A DNA stretch of 64,000 nt from Thermoplasmatota archaeon. GTDB lineage: Archaea > Thermoplasmatota > Thermoplasmata > Lutacidiplasmatales > JAMCUS01. The notes beneath the pieces were generated by a model. The model saw only the letters and a list, made by a program, of their open reading frames with translations. It did not search any database and was not told the DNA's origin. Below, in pieces: positions 50,768-60,610 of the stretch; position 1 is the stretch's first letter; every line of letters starts with the position of its first letter. The position numbers were made by a program, and so were the translations under genes. Where the stretch lies: the NCBI GenBank assembly GCA_023379385.1, contig JAMCUS010000027.1, forward strand, positions 11,640 through 75,639. The letters are read 5' to 3'.

Positions 50768-52213
50768 TTATCCGTGCACAGCAGAAAATCCGGGTATTCC
50801 ATCAAACAGGTAAAGATTCTCCGTCTTGATGCAATCAAATCCTGCCTCAATTACGTGCTTAAGCAGTTCAACTAAATGATATGGTTGAATAATTGTGTCA
50901 TCATTTCCCATAAACCGGCAACGCCAATGATCCGTACAGAAAGTTTCAGGCAACCCGTTTGGCCAAACCTTTATGCCTCTGTTTGTTATAACGTGTAATT
51001 TCAGAGGTCCTGCTGACACCTTGCTTAAAGCCATGCCCAGATCATCAGGGGAACCCCGTTCCCAGTCTAAAAAGACGTCGACACCAACAAGACGCTTTAT
51101 CGACTTTTTATGGTGTTCATCCTTTTTCCACAGTATCATGGGCTTTGAAGATTCATAAGAAACCGGTTTAAGTACTTTTGGCATTTCGCCTAGTCGTCTG
51201 ATAATGGCATCGGTAAACTCAGTTGTACTAACTTTTTGTACGCTAATCCCTTCATTATAGATGTCATATGTATGAATGCCATCTTCAATAGTTTTCAACC
51301 ATGCGTTGAATATACGTGTAGCAACCTTGTATTGACCAATATGAACCAGCATCATTATGGCTGCATGGAGCAACCCAGATGGATTGGCAACGTTTTGACC
51401 TGCATGACGGGGTGCCGAGCCGTGAATTGCCTCAAACATTGCACATTGATCTCCAATATTGGCAGATCCTGCAAGGCCTACAGATCCTGCAATCTGGGCT
51501 GCCACATCAGACAATATATCACCATACAGATTAGGCGTAACAATGACATCAAAATTTTCAGGCTTATCTGCCAACTTCGCTGCACCGATATCTACAATCC
51601 ACATTTCGTTTACAATATCAGGGTATTCACCAGCTATCTCATCAAACACCTTGTGAAACAATCCATCAGTAAGCTTCATGATGTTGTCCTTGACAAAGCA
51701 GGTAACCTTTTTACGATTGTTAGTACGCGCATATTCAAATGCATACCGTATGATCTTTTCTGATCCTGGTCGGGTGATAAGCTTCAGGCACTGGTACACC
51801 TGTTCTGTTTGCCGGTGCTCAATACCACCGTACAGGTCTTCCTCGTTTTCACGAATGATAACTATGTTCATTGATGGATGTTTAGTACGGATGAAAGGAT
51901 GATAAGAAATGCATGGACGAACGTTTGCATACAACCCAAGTGCCTTACGTGTCGTAACATTCAGGCTTTTATATCCACCACCCTGTGGTGTGGTTATAGG
52001 CGCCTTAAGAAACACTCTGGTACGCCTTAAAGAATCCCACGCACTGGGTTCCATTCCTGTTTCTATTCCACGTAAATATACCTTTTCACCAATTTCAACG
52101 GTTTCTATCTCAATGCTAGCCCCAGCGGCTAGTATGATTTTCAGTGTAGCTTCCATTATTTCGGGTCCTATGCCATCTCCATATGCAACAGAAATAGGGG
52201 TTTTTTCTATCAT
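50768..52213 (-). CDS. icd: isocitrate dehydrogenase (or closely related beta-decarboxylating dehydrogenase) with a ~135-aa C-terminal extension
   Basis: N-terminal GDGIGPEI, the NLYGDILSD metal/substrate motif, and GSAPRHAG cover residues 1-345. Residues ~346-481 are unaccounted for by the family. Confidence 0.65.
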   Translation of the reverse strand: MIEKTPISVAYGDGIGPEIMEATLKIILAAGASIEIETVEIGEKVYLRGIETGMEPSAWDSLRRTRVFLKAPITTPQGGGYKSLNVTTRKALGLYANVRPCISYHPFIRTKHPSMNIVIIRENEEDLYGGIEHRQTEQVYQCLKLITRPGSEKIIRYAFEYARTNNRKKVTCFVKDNIMKLTDGLFHKVFDEIAGEYPDIVNEMWIVDIGAAKLADKPENFDVIVTPNLYGDILSDVAAQIAGSVGLAGSANIGDQCAMFEAIHGSAPRHAGQNVANPSGLLHAAIMMLVHIGQYKVATRIFNAWLKTIEDGIHTYDIYNEGISVQKVSTTEFTDAIIRRLGEMPKVLKPVSYESSKPMILWKKDEHHKKSIKRLVGVDVFLDWERGSPDDLGMALSKVSAGPLKLHVITNRGIKVWPNGLPETFCTDHWRCRFMGNDDTIIQPYHLVELLKHVIEAGFDCIKTENLYLFDGIPGFSAVHG

Positions 52214-52766
52214 GGGTTCGGTAACTGATCCAACATTTATAAAATTTATTGTGTTATCCGTAGTAAATACGAATGAGCCGTTAGATTTTTAAATAACAAC
52301 GATTTTTCATTGAAAAGATTTATTAACTTCTGGATTTACTTTTTTGTTTATTTTTTCTATTAATTTTATTTACATAATTTAATATAATTTTAGAGAATCA
52401 AAGAAAATGTTTGAAGGAATAGTAAAAAATAGGGAGTGTTCACGGCTCCTAAAAAAGTTACTCTTTTTTAAGGAGGATTACAAATTATTTTTATTTATGC
52501 GATAATATGCAAACCCATTGTAAAATATATGATTTAGAATAGAGAGAACAATTCAAGCTTTGTGACACTATGATAGATATAGGGGATTGTATATTATGAG
52601 GTTTAGGTGAACTAACCCATGGTATACATGGATTTAATGATAGAAGAGGTTTATAGCCATATTGCGTCTGTTGAATTGCTGAGTAGCTTGGATATGGACA
52701 CAGATTTGGTCAATAAATTAGATTACTTTGCTACATTAATGTTCAACAGTTTGTGAAAAGCATATA

Positions 52767-53573
52767 TTGGTTATTTTTGTAAATGTTACAGAAGGATGTA
52801 ATATGAAGTCAGAACCCAGTAAAGATAATAACGGCAAAAAGAATGTTATGAGAATAATACCAAATCTTTTTACGTTATTTAACGGCTTAACAGGCGTATG
52901 GGCATTGTACTATGTCTTTACAGGCAATACTCTTTTTGCATCATTTTTGATTCTTTCAGCAGCTGGTTTTGATGGAATGGATGGATACTTCGCACGAAAA
53001 CTTAATGTAGAAAATAGTTACGGTGCATTATACGATTCAATTTGTGATTCAATTTCATTTGTTATAGCACCTTCTATGATGATGTTGCTATTCATTTCAG
53101 ACTCAGGACTTAAAAGCAAATATATTGAATACATATCATTACTGGTTATGTCTATGTTGCTTTTTGCAGGTATAGCCAGGCTTACCAAGTATACTATCAA
53201 GGCCAGTAAACTAAAATATTTTGAAGGCATACCAACCCCATTTGTTGCAGAGTCAGTTGCATTATTTATATTTTTAAATAATTTTATTTATATTGAGCAA
53301 TATAAATTGTTTATAATTGTAATAATACCCATTTTATCAATTATGATGGTATCTCCGTTGAAATATACAAAAAGCAGTTATTCAAAAAGGGTATTATATC
53401 TTTCGTTTATGATAGGTTTATTTACGATACTCCCTATAGTATTAAAATTGGTTAACAGATTTTTTAATTTTAATTTTTATTATATAGAACTTTTTTTTGC
53501 AGGTATATCATTAGTTTTACTGTTTGTATATCTTATTGGATTGCCTCTTAATGATTGGTTAGATCTCATATAG
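52767..53573 (+). CDS. CDP-alcohol phosphatidyltransferase (archaetidylserine/archaetidylinositol-phosphate synthase-like)
   Basis: DGMDGYFARKLNVENSYGALYDSICD matches the D-G-x2-A-R...G-x3-D-x3-D motif in a polytopic membrane protein. The true start may be an internal Met (MRIIPNLFT). Confidence 0.65.
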   Translation: MVIFVNVTEGCNMKSEPSKDNNGKKNVMRIIPNLFTLFNGLTGVWALYYVFTGNTLFASFLILSAAGFDGMDGYFARKLNVENSYGALYDSICDSISFVIAPSMMMLLFISDSGLKSKYIEYISLLVMSMLLFAGIARLTKYTIKASKLKYFEGIPTPFVAESVALFIFLNNFIYIEQYKLFIIVIIPILSIMMVSPLKYTKSSYSKRVLYLSFMIGLFTILPIVLKLVNRFFNFNFYYIELFFAGISLVLLFVYLIGLPLNDWLDLI

Positions 53574-54349
53574 CATTCATCTATCAGCTCATTTAAAAAA
53601 AGGATTTGAACAGAATGTCTGTAAATATATTTATTTATAGATTCCACATCCGGAACGATCGGAATGAATGGAATGCCTATATCAATATCTTCAAGGTAAA
53701 GTGAGGCAGGATCTGCCAATCCAACATGAAGTTTGATATCCCCATCAAGTGCTTTTTTCACTGACTGTACATCCAGCCGAGAGTCATAAAGTGCAAGCAT
53801 TGTCCATACAATTTTTCGAATCATGCCCCATTTGAATTTTTTTCCTGTAAAACTGATCTTTATATGATTACCATTTTCCAGTATAATTATAGAGTCTATA
53901 TTTGCATAAAATTTATCAAATCCTTTTGTAAATGAATCAAAATGATGCGTACCTGTAAACAGTTTAGCTATCTTCAGAAGCTCCTCTTTATTGTATTCAG
54001 CCGGTAGAAAATATGAATATCTTTTTTTAATAACTTCTTTAGGATTTGTATCTACGCAGAATCCTGTACAGTAAACATCTTTCAAAACCCTGTTGAGTCT
54101 ATTAACAAAGATTGCTGGGTCAATGCTTGTCTTAACTCGGAAAATATTGCCTATAGCTGACACCCATTTATCAGTTCTGCTGTATAGCCTTATTCTATCA
54201 TTTATGCCTATTAGACCTACCTTTATAGCCTTTTCCGTGAGTTCTCCTTCTACCGTTCTATAATCTGGTTGCGTCTGAGAACCGTGAAATGCATTGCCGA
54301 TATATGCGGTTTTTACGTAAAGCATATTAACTGTTAACAAGGAATTCAT
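53480..54349 (-). CDS. truA: tRNA pseudouridine(38-40) synthase TruA
   Basis: AYIGNAFHGSQTQ (YDGT.F.G.Q-like) and the catalytic RTDKWVSA (RTD.GVHA-like) motif. Confidence 0.6.
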   Translation of the reverse strand: MNSLLTVNMLYVKTAYIGNAFHGSQTQPDYRTVEGELTEKAIKVGLIGINDRIRLYSRTDKWVSAIGNIFRVKTSIDPAIFVNRLNRVLKDVYCTGFCVDTNPKEVIKKRYSYFLPAEYNKEELLKIAKLFTGTHHFDSFTKGFDKFYANIDSIIILENGNHIKISFTGKKFKWGMIRKIVWTMLALYDSRLDVQSVKKALDGDIKLHVGLADPASLYLEDIDIGIPFIPIVPDVESINKYIYRHSVQILFLNELIDECYMRSNQSLRGNPIRYTNSKTNDIPAKKSSI

Positions 54350-55370
54350 TTTCAGTTTCCATAACTCTATTAATGGTGACCTCTGGTATTATTTCGGAAA
54401 GTTTTATAATTACGTTTATACTCCACAAAATCTTGCTTATGTTCAGTGTCGCAACAGGGTCCATTTTCTGTACAATAAGGATCTCCTCCTGCTTTATGCA
54501 TTCTTCTATAATTTCTGTTTTTTTATTCAGAATTTCATTGGATTTAGCTACATCTCTGTTGATGAAACTATTGAACATATCATTGAGAAAAGTTTCTGTT
54601 TTTTTAATTATATCTATTGTTGAGTTTATTATGTCTGAATGTATTTTTAATTTGTTTTGAATAATAGTTCCTATGCTGTGCCCTATCATCTCAACCTCAT
54701 CGCCAATATCCTCAATGGTTTTTGAGATCACTCGATCCCCTGCTATGTTTTTAATTGTCTCAATTCCTGTGCGTTTTGCGACTTCATCATCGCCTATGGA
54801 TAATAACAGCTGCCTGACAATAAGAGCATATATTTTATCAGTTTCATCACCCATGCGTTTGATCTCCTCTGTTAACGTATAATTTTTATCGGTAAGCGCA
54901 CTGATAGCCTGCTCTAGCATTGAATTCACAACCATGAATAATCTCTTTAATAACGTACCTATCTGAAATTTGTTAGGGTCTATAAAGCACTCAAGAACAA
55001 TTGATTTCACATCCTGCTCAACAATACCAACACCCATTAGATTGTGCACGACAGTTCTAACTTCCTGAATTATATCGACATCAAGCATATTTGCAGATCT
55101 GACAGTTATTGATTCATATCCAACAATATAACATCCAGTGACAATCCTTATCACCATATTCTTGTCTTCGCATTTATCGGCATTTATCATGCACGCCATA
55201 CTATTTGTATCTACTTTTGTTACACCCGGAAGCAACTTGAGAACATTATCTTTGCCCACCGAATAAGATATAAGATCCCCGGCAGATAGATTCATTTTTT
55301 TTGTCCACGACTTTGGTAAAGAAACTGCAAGCGTAGAGTATCCCACTTTCTGTATTTTTCTAACTTCCAT
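54327..55370 (-). CDS. PhoU-domain regulator with an N-terminal AbrB/SpoVT-like DNA-binding domain
   Basis: N-terminal MEVRKIQKVGYSTLAVSLPKSWTKKMNLSAGD, a swapped-hairpin type domain. The rest is helical PhoU-like repeats. Confidence 0.5.
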   Translation of the reverse strand: MEVRKIQKVGYSTLAVSLPKSWTKKMNLSAGDLISYSVGKDNVLKLLPGVTKVDTNSMACMINADKCEDKNMVIRIVTGCYIVGYESITVRSANMLDVDIIQEVRTVVHNLMGVGIVEQDVKSIVLECFIDPNKFQIGTLLKRLFMVVNSMLEQAISALTDKNYTLTEEIKRMGDETDKIYALIVRQLLLSIGDDEVAKRTGIETIKNIAGDRVISKTIEDIGDEVEMIGHSIGTIIQNKLKIHSDIINSTIDIIKKTETFLNDMFNSFINRDVAKSNEILNKKTEIIEECIKQEEILIVQKMDPVATLNISKILWSINVIIKLSEIIPEVTINRVMETENEFLVNS

Positions 55371-55405
55371 GATTATCTCTATGTACCATATATACTTTAA
55401 CTTTT

Positions 55406-56683
55406 CTATATATATTTTTGTTTGATAATATCTATAATATGTTTAAATATTGCAGAAGATAACTGTTCTTTGGTTCCCTTAAATTTTTCATATTTTTTAT
55501 TTTTATGTACGATGTATGCCTCTGTTTCAGAATAGGATATTTTATCAAGATTATTTGCAATTATCATATCAATATCATACTCTTCTATTTTTTTTACTGC
55601 CTTATTTATCAGGTTCTCCTCCTTTAACCCCCACTCCATTTTGAATCCAATAACTATTTCAGATTTTTTCCGCAGAATTGGCAATATCTTGTCTGTTTTT
55701 TTTAATTTCAGTATTAAATCTTCTTCTGAACTTATTTTTCCTGTTCTCTTTTCAATTGTAAAATCTGATAAAGCGGCAGGTACAATGATCACATCCCATT
55801 TTCCATTTTCATTTATTAATTTTTTTAATTCATTAATATTTTTGAATCTTTTAATATTGTCAAAATTCAGCTCTACCAGATTGCCCATACCGTAGAAAAG
55901 AGAAACCTCTGCACCGTTATAAAAGGCTTCTCTTGCCAATGAAATGGCTGTATATCCAGATGATTGATTTGATATATATCTAACGTCATCTATTTCCTCC
56001 CTTGTAGAACCTCCTATTATAAGAATTTTTTTTCTTTTAAGCATTCCTTTATATGTGGCTTTAATAACATAGTCCAGTATCTGCTGCATTGATGCTAGCT
56101 TGGCCTCATTTTCCTCATGCAATGGAAAAATAAAATCTACATTCAACTTTTTTAATTTTTTAATATGGTCCAGTATAATCGGATTACGATACATCTGCCC
56201 GTGCATAGCCGGTGCAATTATCATTTTAATGCCTGCACCTAATGCAATTGTGGCAAATGATGTAGGTGCGGTATCATCAATACCGCAGGCTATTTTGGAT
56301 ATAGTATTGGCTGTAGCCGGTGCAACAACATATATAACCTTTTTTTTGTTAAAAAGCATGGATACATGTTCTACATTACCTGTAAGTTCCGTTACAACAG
56401 GATTTCCGGTAGCAAACTGAATGGCATTGCGTGTTACAATTTTCTCAGAGGCATTGCTCATAACGGCGTATACATCAGCCCCATGCCTTATCAACTCTCT
56501 TATAATTTTAACCATTTCAACAGATGCTATGCTTCCTGTTATTCCTACAATAACTGTATACCCGTTAAGCGCCTTGGATTTTGCAGATCTTATTAAATCC
56601 GCTGGAACTGTTAAATCATGTTCAATATTCATTTCAGATGTTAATATAATTGCCTCTTTTTTAACCATAGAACCATAAACCAT
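55406..56683 (-). CDS. coaBC: bifunctional phosphopantothenoylcysteine decarboxylase / phosphopantothenate-cysteine ligase
   Basis: N-terminal flavoprotein domain (IVGITGSIA...PAMHG) and C-terminal CoaB domain (ILIIGGSTRE...). Confidence 0.75.
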   Translation of the reverse strand: MVYGSMVKKEAIILTSEMNIEHDLTVPADLIRSAKSKALNGYTVIVGITGSIASVEMVKIIRELIRHGADVYAVMSNASEKIVTRNAIQFATGNPVVTELTGNVEHVSMLFNKKKVIYVVAPATANTISKIACGIDDTAPTSFATIALGAGIKMIIAPAMHGQMYRNPIILDHIKKLKKLNVDFIFPLHEENEAKLASMQQILDYVIKATYKGMLKRKKILIIGGSTREEIDDVRYISNQSSGYTAISLAREAFYNGAEVSLFYGMGNLVELNFDNIKRFKNINELKKLINENGKWDVIIVPAALSDFTIEKRTGKISSEEDLILKLKKTDKILPILRKKSEIVIGFKMEWGLKEENLINKAVKKIEEYDIDMIIANNLDKISYSETEAYIVHKNKKYEKFKGTKEQLSSAIFKHIIDIIKQKYI

Positions 56684-56705
56684 TATCTGTTTATAACTTT
56701 ATAGT

Positions 56706-57188
56706 TTAATTTGTTTTTCTCATCAGGATCAGGGTACTGAGCATTAAAAATGCACCGAGCATCATAATAACTACACTATTTATTGAATAATGGCTATATA
56801 TAAGATATATAACACCTATTATAAAGGATACGACACCCATTAGCCAACTGCTTATTATTGCAAGCTCTTTTTCTATTCTGAATCGTTCACCAATAGGTAT
56901 TATGTATTCAGAACCATTATCTTTGTAAAAATGTTCTTTTTCAATTTTCTTTTCTTTTTTCTGAAAATCTTTTTTTTTCATTGATTTTATGCCACTGGAC
57001 ATCAGTGCTGCCACGTCATTAAATCGATCATACCTGTCAAGCTCAGACATGTCTATCGTTCTGTTTTTATGTTTTACTTCTTCGATCTCTTTTTCAATTT
57101 CATCAATTTTCCCGCGTAACCTCTCTTCTAATTTTTTGAATACATCGTCGTTATTTGCACTATTTTTATCCTTTACCAATACGAACAC
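56706..57188 (-). CDS. small membrane protein with an N-terminal coiled coil and two C-terminal TM helices
   Basis: 160-aa ORF. Composition-based call only. Confidence 0.35.
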   Translation of the reverse strand: MFVLVKDKNSANNDDVFKKLEERLRGKIDEIEKEIEEVKHKNRTIDMSELDRYDRFNDVAALMSSGIKSMKKKDFQKKEKKIEKEHFYKDNGSEYIIPIGERFRIEKELAIISSWLMGVVSFIIGVIYLIYSHYSINSVVIMMLGAFLMLSTLILMRKTN

Positions 57189-57324
57189 CGCTCAATAATT
57201 TTAATAATAGTTCATTTATCATTAATATGATATTTAACTTCTTTCTTTTCAGGCTTGAGTTTCGCAAAAATTAGGATGTGAAAATACTTTTTATTCTATA
57301 CTGGATACACAAAAATTTTGTTTT

Positions 57325-57585
57325 TCACTCTATTTTTTTTGGTGCTAGTACTCCCAACTTATTCATTATCTCTTTTGCCTCCTCTGACATCGATGATATT
57401 GTTATTGCTTTCTCTCCTGTTTTTATCGGTATTGCCTTTACATTCAACAATATTTTTGATATCCTTTCTACTGTCATTTTTTCTTCCATCTTCTTTTCCT
57501 TTATTCTACCTATCAGCAACGATAATACCGATACCATTACATGCGCTTTGATTCTGTCCTCCTTCCAGTGATATATTGGTTTCAT
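57325..57585 (-). pseudogene. IS4-family transposase C-terminal remnant (third locus)
   Basis: YHWKEDRIKAHVMVSVLSLLIGRIK aligns with YHRLDKRIRAHTFMCVMGLLFYRYI of 30423..31022. The coding upstream is degraded, and a low-complexity tct-rich tract lies at 57660-57710. Confidence 0.45.
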
Positions 57586-57712
57586 ATTTATAAATGATTT
57601 TATCGTTCCGAATACTCTCTCTATTCTCCATAGCTCTCTGTATCTCAGATCCTAGGTGCTTGATAATTTTGGTTTTCTTTTCTTTTCTTTTTTCTTTTCT
57701 TTATGCCATTTT

Positions 57713-57836
57713 AGACAGACAGTAATAGAACGGGATAATTCAACAAAATTTTCAAAAATTCACACTCAAAAAATGTTTTTTTAGGATGAAAATATGTCGT
57801 TCTTGGGTTTTTGGTATTCCCTTACAACCTGTTGAG
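57713..57836. mobile_element. MITE-like element, copy IV (forward)
   Basis: tagacagacagtaatag...gggataattcaacaaaattttcaaaaattcacactcaaaaaatgtttttttaggatgaaaatatg...ttacaacctgttga. Confidence 0.6.
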
Positions 57837-57862
57837 CGCGCTATACAAGTTTTAAAAAAACA

Positions 57863-58651
57863 TTATTGGTTATTGCGTTCATGGATTGTTTTATTAAACT
57901 GCTTAGAAATTCTTACAAAATCAATATCACTAAAATAGGTTGGGTCTGCGGAAAGTATAAGTATTGCCGATTTTTTGAATACCTTCTCTATAAGAACATT
58001 CAAAAACTTAACAGTTTTATCTATGCTAGATATGGATACTATATATTCTAGGCCTACAAAAAATATCAACATTTTTTTATCATTAAGTTTTTGTGATATC
58101 TCTTCTATCTTGGATATTATCTGCTCTACCCCGTTTACTTCGTTCGTTGTGGATAAACCAGCCATACCAATGGGAGATAGTTCCTCTTCGTTTATTTCTG
58201 TAGACAACCTAATTGTAGAGATATTTTTACTGTATTTAGTTAAAAGTTTTTTAACGTCGTCACGCTTTCTAAAAATAATGACAAGATGATACTCATTTTT
58301 ATCCATAAATCTATCGGCTATATCAATAGACTGTGAAACATTTTTTTCACTGAAAATATAACAGTTACCATCCTCTAATGGCTCTGCTATCAATCCATCT
58401 ACTCTTTCTATTTCATGTTCCTCTTTTTTATATTTACTCTCCATACTGTTAATAGTTTTTGCCAATTCACTCTTTTTTGATGTAGCTTCTGCCTCAACTA
58501 CCGTTTTAACTTCAGTAATTCTGAAGCCCCTTGCTATATTTTGTTTTATTATTTTAATTACATAATCAATACCGTCGTAGTACCCTTTAAAATAATCTAC
58601 AGAGTAATTCCTATCCTCTTTATTCTCTTTATTCTCTTTATATTGATGCAC
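57863..58651 (-). CDS. hypothetical protein
   Basis: 262-aa ORF. The N-terminus is encoded by a short ctcttta tandem repeat, giving KENKENKED. Confidence 0.35.
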   Translation of the reverse strand: MHQYKENKENKEDRNYSVDYFKGYYDGIDYVIKIIKQNIARGFRITEVKTVVEAEATSKKSELAKTINSMESKYKKEEHEIERVDGLIAEPLEDGNCYIFSEKNVSQSIDIADRFMDKNEYHLVIIFRKRDDVKKLLTKYSKNISTIRLSTEINEEELSPIGMAGLSTTNEVNGVEQIISKIEEISQKLNDKKMLIFFVGLEYIVSISSIDKTVKFLNVLIEKVFKKSAILILSADPTYFSDIDFVRISKQFNKTIHERNNQ

Positions 58652-58746
58652 TTTAAGTTATCACCTTTACAAAAACAGACCTTGATAATATATAAAATTA
58701 AATTAAACTATTTAAATATAGATGCAAATAGATTTTTTATTGATTT

Positions 58747-59277
58747 TTATTGATTTTTTATTACCTTTTTGCCATGTGCCGTAGGAATTATTTTTAATTG
58801 GGATTTATTGAAAAGGCTATTACGCATAGATTCTGGAAAAAGATCGTATAGAAAAATAGCTAATGAGGAGACCTCAGAATGTGGTTGATTCATTATAGCA
58901 ACGTTAAAAGTTGCCTTCTTATATACGTCAGAAGGTACTTTTTCAGCACCTACAATTATCAAAAGATCTCTGTTGTTTATTGTTGATAAGATCTCATCTT
59001 TTACTTCAGGAAGTGGTATTCCATACATGGTCAAATGTACAATTACACCATTCCAGCTCTCTATTAATTTTCTCCAATTATTTACGGATGAAACAATAAA
59101 ATCACCACCGAATCGTTTATTCACCTCTTCAATGGTTTTTTTGATGTTTTCGTCATGCTGATGGATGTAGATGGTAGTAGCTCCAAATGCTCGTGCCACT
59201 AAAGCAACATGTGTAGTTATTCGTTTATCTCTACCGTATCTATGACCTATACGTAATACAGTTATAGTCAGATCAAA
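58747..59277 (-). CDS. tRNA (cytidine56-2'-O)-methyltransferase aTrm56 (SPOUT)
   Basis: LRIGHRYGRDKRITTHVALVARAFGA...WNGVIVHLTMYG...LLIIVGAEKVP...NVAIMNQPHSEV matches aTrm56. The conserved N-terminus lies upstream of the first GTG (59199), and no ATG/GTG/TTG exists between it and the in-frame stop at 59278-59280. Confidence 0.6.
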   Translation of the reverse strand, partial: FDLTITVLRIGHRYGRDKRITTHVALVARAFGATTIYIHQHDENIKKTIEEVNKRFGGDFIVSSVNNWRKLIESWNGVIVHLTMYGIPLPEVKDEILSTINNRDLLIIVGAEKVPSDVYKKATFNVAIMNQPHSEVSSLAIFLYDLFPESMRNSLFNKSQLKIIPTAHGKKVIKNQ

Positions 59278-59403
59278 TCACCAAACCAGTCACTGTATAT
59301 GAATGACTTATTTGTATATAATAACACCATCTATTATTATTCACTGCAATCATCATGAAAGTGAGAACCACACTACACAGATTCTGTGCTAACAGCAATG
59401 AGA

Positions 59404-60495
59404 TCATATCTCATTCTCTATCTGCCCCTTTTGTTTAAAATAGATTCTCAACATGGCTGCAAATACAGACATGCTGACACCCAATATCAGGCTTATGTAT
59501 ATGAGGGGAAGCACCTCACTGCCATATCCAAGAGTAGCACTTATCAGAGAATATAAGCTCCAGAATGTTATAGCTATTGCCATCAGGGTTATATTTATAA
59601 CCCAGAATGCTCTGGGGACCCTCCATTCTTCCAATATGATCTCCACAGTTCCTGCCATTTCATATAACCATATACTTATAATCCACCACCAGAATCCATT
59701 TGAAAAAAATACCAGGTACCTGCTTGAAATGGATATCGTGGAACTTTCATACCCTTTATACCCATATATACATCCTACAATGAAAATTGTTAAGGCAACA
59801 ATAGAAAGTGTGAAGGAGAGAGTTCTCTCCGTAGCATTCTCTTTTATATCCTTTATCGCATTGATAACCCTGTCATCCAGAGAATATGCCCATACCAGCA
59901 TGTATATGCCTAAAATAATGGATAGAACAACGACACCTACATGGAGCACATTGAACCACATAGCCATACCCAGAATAACCAGTATGAACGCAATGGGTAC
60001 TATTATCTTCTGCCTCAATTTAGGGTCCTTGAGGGCTTTGGTTATAAGGTAATAAGTACCTTCTACACTGGCATTCTGTCTGATATATACCCTTTTAACC
60101 GAATCTATATTGAGCCTTGATGATATGATGGGGTATATAAATTCATCTTCCTCTCCATCACTGACCAGTATAGCGCTCGTAGCACTGGTTTTAGATATAA
60201 CCTCTTCAATCTGCCTTACAATCTCTTTATCAGATCTCACACCCACTTTAGGGTCACCTGACAGTGTTACAACTTCTATACTTTCTTTGTCATCCTTCTT
60301 AAGTTCATCATATATAGATATGGCGGAAAACATAGTATTAACATCGGCATCCTCAGGGTCCGCTATAGCCAGAGCCACTGCTGCCCTTACATTATTATCT
60401 TTACCTATGATAGGCCCCTTGATGCCTGTTTTTCGTCCTACATCGTCATCTCTATCAACGCAGATGACAAGAACCTTACCCATTTTACACACCAT
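59404..60495 (-). CDS. DUF373-like polytopic membrane protein
   Basis: 363 aa with a soluble N-terminal domain (VLVICVDRDDDVGRKTGIKGPIIG) followed by about 6 TM segments. Confidence 0.45.
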   Translation of the reverse strand: MVCKMGKVLVICVDRDDDVGRKTGIKGPIIGKDNNVRAAVALAIADPEDADVNTMFSAISIYDELKKDDKESIEVVTLSGDPKVGVRSDKEIVRQIEEVISKTSATSAILVSDGEEDEFIYPIISSRLNIDSVKRVYIRQNASVEGTYYLITKALKDPKLRQKIIVPIAFILVILGMAMWFNVLHVGVVVLSIILGIYMLVWAYSLDDRVINAIKDIKENATERTLSFTLSIVALTIFIVGCIYGYKGYESSTISISSRYLVFFSNGFWWWIISIWLYEMAGTVEIILEEWRVPRAFWVINITLMAIAITFWSLYSLISATLGYGSEVLPLIYISLILGVSMSVFAAMLRIYFKQKGQIENEI

Positions 60496-60500
60496 TAGAG

Positions 60501-60610
60501 TCCCGGCTGCCTGATTTGAACAGGCGACCTGAGGATATCAGCGGGGTATCTGGTATGTACCAGATTACCAACTACAGTCCCCCGCTCCAACCAGTCTGAG
60601 CTAAGCCGGG
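60501..60610 (-). tRNA. tRNA-Tyr (anticodon GUA) with a 35-nt intron between positions 37 and 38
   Basis: Hand-folded on the minus strand. Acceptor CCCGGCU/AGCCGGG carries the archaeal-Tyr-specific C1:G72 pair and discriminator A. D-arm GCUC-AGACUGGUUG-GAGC. Anticodon stem GGGGA/UCCUC, loop CUGUAGA. Variable loop AGGUC. T-arm GCCUG-UUCAAAU-CAGGC. Exon 1 is 60572-60610, the intron 60537-60571, exon 2 60501-60536. No CCA is encoded. Confidence 0.75.

Noticed and set aside
50053-53573. psd, icd and the CDP-alcohol phosphatidyltransferase considered as a lipid operon
   Set aside because: The genes are on different strands with icd in between, so there is only loose clustering and no operon.
57278-57571. 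Plus-strand ORFs 57278..57571 and 57318..57551
   Set aside because: They overlap the IS4 transposase remnant on the opposite strand and are low-complexity Leu/Phe/Ser products.
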